Assembly (NCBI GenBank): GCA_951406725.2
Contig: OX597818.1
Coordinates: forward strand, 53,320,001-53,384,000
Length of the DNA stretch: 64,000 nucleotides
Reading direction: 5' to 3'
From: Octopus vulgaris
Taxonomy: Eukaryota
Of the stretch, positions 55,481-64,000 are shown piece by piece. The translations under genes and the position numbers were made by a program. The notes below the pieces were generated by a model. It had not been told where the DNA came from. It searched no databases and worked only from the letters and a program-made list of their open reading frames with translations. Positions within the stretch are counted from its first letter, which is position 1, and the number at the start of each line of letters is the position of its first letter.

Positions 55481-57499
55481 CTCCCGATAACAAACCAGTC
55501 CTTTTCCTAGGTGGCATGTCACTTTTGGAGAAATTCTTGGATCTCTAGATTATCTCCCCTTCACGAGTCGAGCTGGTCTTAATTGTCATTTGGCAATTAG
55601 GATAAAACCTCAAGAGGCGGAGACAACCTTAATAAACCAAGAATTTACGTTGTATGATATTTAATATACCAGTATTCGTTTATATTGATCATTGCATGCC
55701 GTTGACCACTCTGAGCAGGCTTGGCTCATTTTTGTGTAAATACACGAAAGCTTCAATGGATACACAGCCAATGAGCTGTCGTTAGCTTTTAACCCCAAAT
55801 TAGCCTACAGTCAAAAGGTCAGTCCCCTCTTGGTGTTTTTTTGTTGTTTTTTTTTAACCTGAAGCCGGCCTTGATTGTGCAGACATGACCAAACTTTTTC
55901 CAGTTGTGACCGTATTTATTTAGTTGTTTTTTGTTTTGTTTTGTGTTGTTTTTTTTTTACTTTCAGGCATATTACAGAATATTTTTTGGTTTTTATTTTA
56001 TGGCTTTAAGGTTTGTAATTTGATTTGGCTGCCATTTCTAACAGTTCGACTAACCTCGACGAAGCTCCCACGTTTTTTGCTGTGTGGCATTTGTTGACAG
56101 AGCGGTGATAATAGCAACGCTGCTAACGATTTTGTTATTTAGCCCAAGGTCATAGTTGATTATGTAGAGCGTGGACCTATGATCAAACACGTTCTAGTCA
56201 TGACAATTTCATTCTTTCTTTCTTTTTCTTTTTTCTTTTTTTTTTCGAAGCATAGTTTTAACCCTCATATCGAATGTGTCCTCTTCCTTTTAAGAATGCA
56301 GAGTATGCTTTGAGTGAGATTTGACTGCTATTTCTAGTAAGTGGCGTGACAAAATATATGCATAGTTATTAGTTGTAGAAAACAACAGTATATTTGTGAG
56401 TGCGCACACTTGAAAATTGTTAATATTTTACACATACTTAAAAGAAAGATTTACGAAATGTATGTATATATACATTAAAATTTTGCATTACGTAAGCAAA
56501 AATTTCTGATGGATATCCGTAAGGTTGAAATTCTGTTTACGTAATGCAAAATATTTGCCAGAAAACGTCTGCACGTTATTGCAGCTAGACGCAGGTTTAT
56601 AAGGAAACCTTTCCTCGTGGAGTTTTGCCATGGAAACAACATAGATATACAGAAGCACCTGTTTGCTTCCTGTCTACTTAAAAGTCACGTGAGAGCGCGT
56701 GTGCGCGCTCGTTTGTATTCGTGTGTGTTCGTCTAAGTGTGTGTATTTGTGTGTGTGTATGTGTGTGTGTGTCTGTGTGTGTGTGTTAAGCGAGGTGTAG
56801 ATTTCAATGGTAGAGGGAAGATGATGGAAATATTAATGGAGTTAGAGTGAAGGGGTGGGGGCTGGGGGCTGGAGGAGAAGCGGAAGTAGTATGGTGGCGA
56901 CAGAAAATGGAAGCTGGGGAATATTTGGTTGTGATATGTGAAAAAAAAGACGAGGTTAGAAAATGGGAAACACACGCATACACGGATAGAAACAGAGAGT
57001 GAGAGAGTTAAAAATATACGGTCAAATTATAGATGTAAAGCGAAGGGGGAAAAAAAATAAAAAGGAAAAGGCGGGGGGGAATGAATGAAGATTATAAGGA
57101 ATGAATGACCGAATGAAGGAGGAAAAGAAATATGGAAATAGAGAAAGGATAATTATTGCTATGTGAAAAATAGTGTAATTGTGTAAGAGAGCTAAAAATA
57201 AACGGAAATCTAAAAGAACATAAAAACTGTTTGCTGCCATGAATAAACGGAAATATTGAGAATAAACGGAATAAACAAACGGACAGAATGAAAGCATAAA
57301 GGAATAAAGGAATAATATTTGGATGAACATGGTCAGGAATAAAACGAGAGAGAGAGAGAGAGAGAGTGAGTGAGAGAGAGAGAGTGAGAGAGAGAGAGAT
57401 GAGTGGAGAATAAATAGGGTGAATGTACTCGGGTAGAATTTGCAAGGGACGAATATGAATTAAAGATTACACAAGGGAATACATAAATGTTGTCATATC

Positions 57500-57888
57500 T
57501 CTTTCTCTCTTTTACTTGTTTCAGTCGTTTGACTGCGGCCATGCTGGAGCACCGCCTTTAGTCGAGCAAATCGATCCCCAGGACTTATTCTTTGTAAGTC
57601 TTTTGCCGAACCGCTAAGTTACGGTGACGTAAACACAACACCATCGGTCGTCAAGCGATGTTGGGGGGGGGGGGGCAAACATAGACACACAAACATATAC
57701 ATACATAAATATATACATATATACGACGGGCTTCCTTCAGTTTCCGTCTACCAAATCCACTCACAAGGCTTTGGTCGGTCTGAGGCTATAGTAGAAGACA
57801 CTTGCCCAAGGTGCCATGCAGTGGGACTGAACCCGGAACCATGTGGTTGGGAAGCAAGCCACTTACCACACAACCACTCCTGCACCTA
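57500..57888 (-). mobile_element. SINE family C
   Basis: Reverse complement of 6833-7260. Confidence 0.85.
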
Positions 57889-59143
57889 TATATATATATA
57901 TATAGGGTGGATGACGATGTGATATTGTAATTATTATTGTTTAGCCCCAGGTCAGTTCTGAGCGAGTGGATCTATGTTTTATGCCATGCTTGTGTCCATC
58001 TTGCCTTTTTTCGTCTTTGGCATTATGTATCTTGGATTACATTATCTAATGTGTCCTTCCTTTTCTGTTTTTTGTCTTTGTTTTTAGATAATATGATTTA
58101 AGGGAGATTTCGCTGATATTTCATTCAATTACTTATTGTTGCTGTTGTTTAACTCGAGCTACGACCGAATGCCTTCCATTCATGACCAACCTGTCTTTTT
58201 AGTATATCTAGAAATATGTATAGTGTGCAAAACTGTGATTGGAGGAAGATGTTGCTGCTATTTCTAGTAGGTTGAGCAATCACTTTGAGGATCCTTGCTG
58301 ATTCAATGGTTGTTGTTTTCACTTAGGCCAACACTGATCACGCAGACCTATGGTCTAAAACATTCCAGTCGAGATCATCCACTTTTTATTTTCACAGTGC
58401 ACCTAGGAATATGTTATCTCATGTACCCTTCCTTTCTTAAAACTACAGGATTTGATTAAGGGAGATTTTGTTGTTAATTCCTGCAGGTTGAGCATCTTTG
58501 TAGGAGCTCTCTAACTGACCCCTGGCTGGTGGGATGGGTAACACGGAGAGAATTTTGCAAAACCACGAGCTGAATTTTTCTTTTTCAGGATTTAGGATTG
58601 AAACAACCTGATAAAATAGCTACTTCTTCCAGATATTTTAATACACTCATATACGTGGTAATTCGATCAGTTAGAAACAGCAGCCAAATCACACCCGAGT
58701 CACACTTGTTTTGTATAAAGAAAGGGCACATCAAATAATATGAAAAGCTTAGCCATCGCATACGAGCAAATGGGACCTGGTAGTTTTTGCCAGACTTTCA
58801 CTTATTGTTTCAGGTGCTTATGTAGTCGCGAGCAGACACAGATACTCTCTGAAAAGCAAAGCATCTTGAATGTGACTGATGGACGTATCATGTATGTGGA
58901 GCAGTGCACATACATGCTGCATGGAATATACAAGGAGGCTCGTGATCCTATTTTATTCTTTCCTTTCATCTAAATTATTACTGATAAAGCCCCCGCCAAA
59001 AGATTATCTTCTATATGGTCTCTCAACCTAACAGAAACAGCAGCCAAATTATATCACATACAAACCGCCTTCAAAAATAGTTTTAGCGACACATTGGGTA
59101 ATATAGGCCTAGCTCAATTAATCACAGATATATACTCACTCGT

Positions 59144-59398
59144 GGAAGCGCGTGGCTTAGTGGTTAGGGTGTCAGCATCATGATCGTAAGATTGTGGTTT
59201 CGATTCTTGGACCGGGTGACACATTGTGTTCTTGAGCAAAACACTTCATTTCACGTTGCTCCAGTCCACTCAGCTGGCAAAAATGAGTAACGCTGCGATG
59301 GACTGGCGTCCCGTCCAGCTCGGGTTCGCATACGCCATAGAAACCGGGAAACCGGGCCCATGAGCCTGGCTAGGCTTTAAAAAGGGCGCGTTTATTTT
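59144..59398 (+). mobile_element. tRNA-derived SINE, further family
   Basis: A box TGGCTTAGTGG and B box GGTTTCGATTC; flanking direct repeat ATATATACTCACTC. Confidence 0.7.
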
Positions 59399-59709
59399 TT
59401 TTTATATATATACTCACTCAGAGGTGACTGAGGGATAAATAACCACAGGTCTGACTGTGTGTAAGAATAAGAACTGGTATAAGAAACCCCGAGGAAAACC
59501 CATAGACGTGGTGTAGCACTCATTCTTCAGAACGACTTGACTAGGGTTATGGCAGAACAGAACCGCCTTTCAGTACAATGTTTGTTCCCATTATGAACTC
59601 AAGATCGCAGAAATAGAAAACAAACATCAAATCTAGCGGCCACCTTCCATTCACAACTCTTCCCTTCTTTCTTTGACTAACTCTACCATTCTTCACCCCC
59701 CTCTCTCTC

Positions 59710-59745
<36 letters not shown>

Positions 59746-62700
59746 TGTTTGTATGCAATAAATGAGGCCTTCTGCTGTCACTCAACCTATTAGAAAAATA
59801 ACAACCAAATCTGCATCTAATAATACTTTAGAAAAAAAGATGGTTACAAAAGATAACGTAATCCTAGGTGCACTGTGCCTTTTCGTAATGGCCACGCAAT
59901 GGTCACAGCAGGAATTTCTTTTATTATAAACCAGTTCATTTACATCTGACGTGGGTCCAAACAACTACAGAATTCTGTATATCTAAGTATATTTTACACT
60001 ATTCAGATAGTTTGTTGATCCTATAAATATGTTCTTGTGTTCCTTACCATTCATATGTGTATATAAATGGGTGTGTACCACAGAAATTTATTAATATATG
60101 CAAATATATATAATAATAATATATATATAGATTTTTTATTATTTGCTCATCTGTCTCTTTCTCTGTATGAATATAAATATACATAAATACGCCTATTATC
60201 TCATAAGCACCGCAGCTTTATCTAACTACGTGTTGTATATAGATATTAGTGTGTACAGAGAGAGAGAGAGAGTGACAGAGAGACAGAGACGGAGAGATGC
60301 GCATGCGTGTGTGTAGGAGTATGAGTGTATTACTATATATAAGTAATATAAGTAACTATTAGACAGTTTCGTACGGTTTCTTACAAAAATGTCAGCATCT
60401 GGTAACCATCTTAAAACTTTACTCAGAGATTGAAACTCACTGTTTGAAGATGCAATCTTTAATTCCATCTAATATACCAAAGTTATTCTTTCTTTCCTTT
60501 CCCCCCCCCCCTCAAATCTTTGCTTATTTTCTAGTCTATTTGCTTGTTTGTTGTAATTGTTGTTTTACTATTTTAAAACTTTTCCTTTTTTTATTATTAT
60601 TTTTTTTTTCACACATTTCGTGGGTGGGATAGGTTGGGCAATAAAAAAAAAATGCCTACATTTGTATAATACATGCGCATTGTTTTTGCAGCTGGATGCC
60701 TTTCCCTTCCGAATAGCTCAGCCGTGAAGTAGGAGTGGAACCGATTGGCAGTTTGACAAACAAACCTAGTTAAACAGAGCACCTTCTCCAGAAAAGCACA
60801 CACACACAAAAAAAACCCCACCAAAAACGCTGTTCTGTTTGAACCCAAAACAATATGGTTCTCCATACAAAGTTACCAAGGTCTTAAAACATTCGATTTT
60901 TTAAATTTTTATGCTAGGGTTGTTGTTGTTGTTGGTGGTGGTGGTGGTGGTTGTGGTGGTGATAGTGGGGAGCAGATCTTTTCTTCGAAAGTCCCAAACA
61001 AGACGAGAAGGGACTACGAAGGAAAAATTAAGACGAATGAATTTACTTAAGACTTCAAAAAGTTCAGGTCACAAGAAGGAGGAAAACAATGCGATGAAAG
61101 AGAGTTCAAAAGTCTGGCAATTCGAAGGGAAAAAACTACCATCGCGGAAAGATCTCCTTATTCGTGGAAAATCAGCAGCGTTTGAAAGAAGACTGTGAGT
61201 TTCGAATCAGGAGAGATGGCACAAAGTGATCTGAAACTAAGAGCTCAATGATTAAAGACATTCCAGCTGTGACCATCACATCTTTCTCCAATGTGCAGTG
61301 AACTCAGGACCACATTATCGAACGTATTCTGTTATATGGTTGGATGTGATGTGAGGGAGATTTGGCTGCATTTTTTCTAGCAAGTCGATTACCATGTAGA
61401 AGCTTCATCCTTAGTTCGATACCAGTGGTGCAAAAGGTGATGATGACAAATTCAGGACTTCAGAACATGACCAGAATATCAAAATAATTCTTTAGTGAAC
61501 ATATATTTTATTTTTTTACTAGCTTCGGTCATTGGACGATGGCCATGCTGAGACATTACGTCATTCAAGAATAGTCATTCGTACTGACTCGAGTATTTAA
61601 TTTTTTACTTACTTAATCAGCCTCCGAACACAAGGAAAGCAAAACGGAATGCGATTCTTGCTCATAGCCCAAGTAACAACAACCCTCGAATTATCTCTTC
61701 TCACATACACACACTATCAGTCAAAGTACAAAGGAGTGAAACGCTAGTTTTAATCTTGATGGCAATGGAACTTATTGATCTCTTGTATGAACTATCTTAA
61801 AAGTGAATCGCTGGATATTAACACCACCAACAATTTCACTTCGTTGCAAAGATTCGTGCCTCTTACTAGATCTTTCTTTGTGTAGTGCTGTAGTTTGTTT
61901 ATGGATAGAAGTAGGATAGATTTGCATCGGTCATGGTCCTTTCTTCTCTTTCTTCTTTCACTCATCAATTTCGAAGTTTCTCTATTGATTAAAGCTACAA
62001 ACTTTTCTTCTTTCAAAAATAATCACAAAGCAAAATGAAACAAGTAAACGCTACGAAATATCTCGTCTCAGTAACGGTACAGTTATTAACAGTCTAACTG
62101 ATTTGGTGAGGATAATAAAATCTAATAAACTATCAACACATACGCGGTGAGGAGAAACAAACATTAGCACATTGCGTGGTTGATATTATTTTAATCTAGT
62201 CCGGACAACAACTATCGACAACTCCTGACGTGTTTTGGTCTTATTAAACTTCTTTAGCGAATCATAAACCTTCGTTTAGAAATAGGGACATTTTTATCGG
62301 GACTGAGATCACTGGATAAACAGTAACCATGACAACAGCAGCAGCTATAACGACAACAGCAACTACTACTACTACTACTACTGAACGACAAGCCAATAAA
62401 AGGGTTTTTGTTTAGATGCTTAATCTGCCAGAAATAACAACTAAATCCACTTCATATCGCATCCTTCAGTCATAATTTAAAATAGACACTTTGTTTACGT
62501 GGCTCTGATATATAAATATATGGAGTTGTCATGGCTGGAATGCCTTTCGGCATTTGTGTGCCTCAACAGAGCTGACTTAGTGCTAAACAACAAATCCATC
62601 ATCACCATCATCAATGGCAACAGTAAGAGAACAAAAACTAAGAAAAAAAAACAACTACAAAAGAAGCAGTGACAACTGCAACAACAATAAGAACAAAACA

Positions 62701-62859
62701 ACAACAATAATATCAGCAAACAAGGGCAGCAGGAGTTGGAGGGTATGGAGGTGGAGGGAAGGAATTGGCAAGTTGGGATGGGTTGGGGTGGGGGACGATA
62801 ACAAATAATCAGAAACGAATACACACAAGAACTCACGCGCGATAGAGACAGACAGAAAC

Positions 62860-62946
<87 letters not shown>

Positions 62947-63053
62947 GATAGATAGATAGGCAGATATATATACATATATATATATACATATATATATACA
63001 CCCATATATATATATATATATATATATAAGTTTCTTTATGGGCCACACAGAGC

Positions 63054-63101
<48 letters not shown>

Positions 63102-63170
63102 TAGATAAGTTTCTTTATTGGCCACACAGGGCTGCACACAGATGGGACAGATACATAGATTGATAGGCAG

Positions 63171-63263
<93 letters not shown>

Positions 63264-64000
63264 ACTGTGTTTCATTAGAGAGAGAAGGGGGGGTTGAAGA
63301 GTGGGAAAGGGTGAGGGAAACTGAGAGAAAAGCAAACATACAGAGTTACATTTATATTTTTTTTTTCTGGTCTTCATTTGAGCCATGAGAACAAAAACAA
63401 AAGATGAAAACGAAATGAAATAGAATAAAAAAGGAAAAAAAAAAAAACCATTCTCCCTAGATATATATTAGATTGAAAGGTCAAAGAAGCAAGATTTGAA
63501 AAAAAAGAAAAACTAAAAACAAAAAAAAACTAAAAAACAAAAAGAAAAAAATTACAAACAGAAATTGTTCTGTCGCTATATACACCACCGACCACCACCA
63601 CCAACCACTACCATCACCACCACCACGCCTCCATTCGCATCTCCCTACCCCCGGTCCCCCTTCCCGACACACATCTCACAGTCAACTCCCCCAGATTAAG
63701 TGTTTCTCAGCATCTCCTTTTTTTTAAATCTTTATATTTTTTTACAACCACCACCACCACTACCACTGACATTCCCCCCCCACACACACACACACACATA
63801 CAACCAGTATCACCGTCACCACGTCCACCGCCTGAATCGTTGCACGTAATCCAGCACCACCGCCACCACCACCACAACCACAACCACCACCACCACCACC
63901 ACCTCCGCCACCACCACAGCCACCACCACCGCAACCACCATCAACGGACCCTTGCTGCGCCGCTGGGTCGTTAAGGTATTTAAGAAATAGTTTGTATTAC

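Noticed and set aside
60911-61198. 95 aa ORF with a hydrophobic start
   Set aside because: The hydrophobic run comes from GTT/GGT repeats; wrong strand for the gene; no recognisable domain.
61792-62016. ORF containing DRCKS, reminiscent of the missing DPCKA first-exon motif
   Set aside because: No phase-1 GT donor after the motif and no signal peptide.

Overview
AT-rich, microsatellite- and SINE-dense animal genomic DNA. The repeat families and simple-repeat load suggest a coleoid cephalopod such as Octopus (inference). The only protein-coding gene I can support is a BMP1/Tolloid-like astacin metalloprotease on the minus strand. Six GT-AG exons with consistent phases (13313-13496, 8772-8947, 7538-7658, 5889-6067, 4192-4416, 1150-1365) encode a prodomain, a furin site, a complete catalytic domain and most of CUB1; two of these exons are absent from the ORF track. 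I found no signal-peptide exon, so positions 13.5-64 kb are probably one very large intron. The rest is tRNA-derived SINEs, truncated R4/Dong, HERO-like, RTE and CR1-like retroelements, non-autonomous Helitrons and microsatellites. The most notable hidden signal is a set of type I hammerhead ribozyme motifs with palindromic stem III, as known from Penelope-like elements and retrozymes. Four have complete cores (three sequence types) and several are decayed. Two lie sense to the BMP1/Tolloid pre-mRNA, and one of these is embedded in a ~340 bp inverted repeat. One SINE family also forms 184 bp head-to-tail multimers that share an identical junction.
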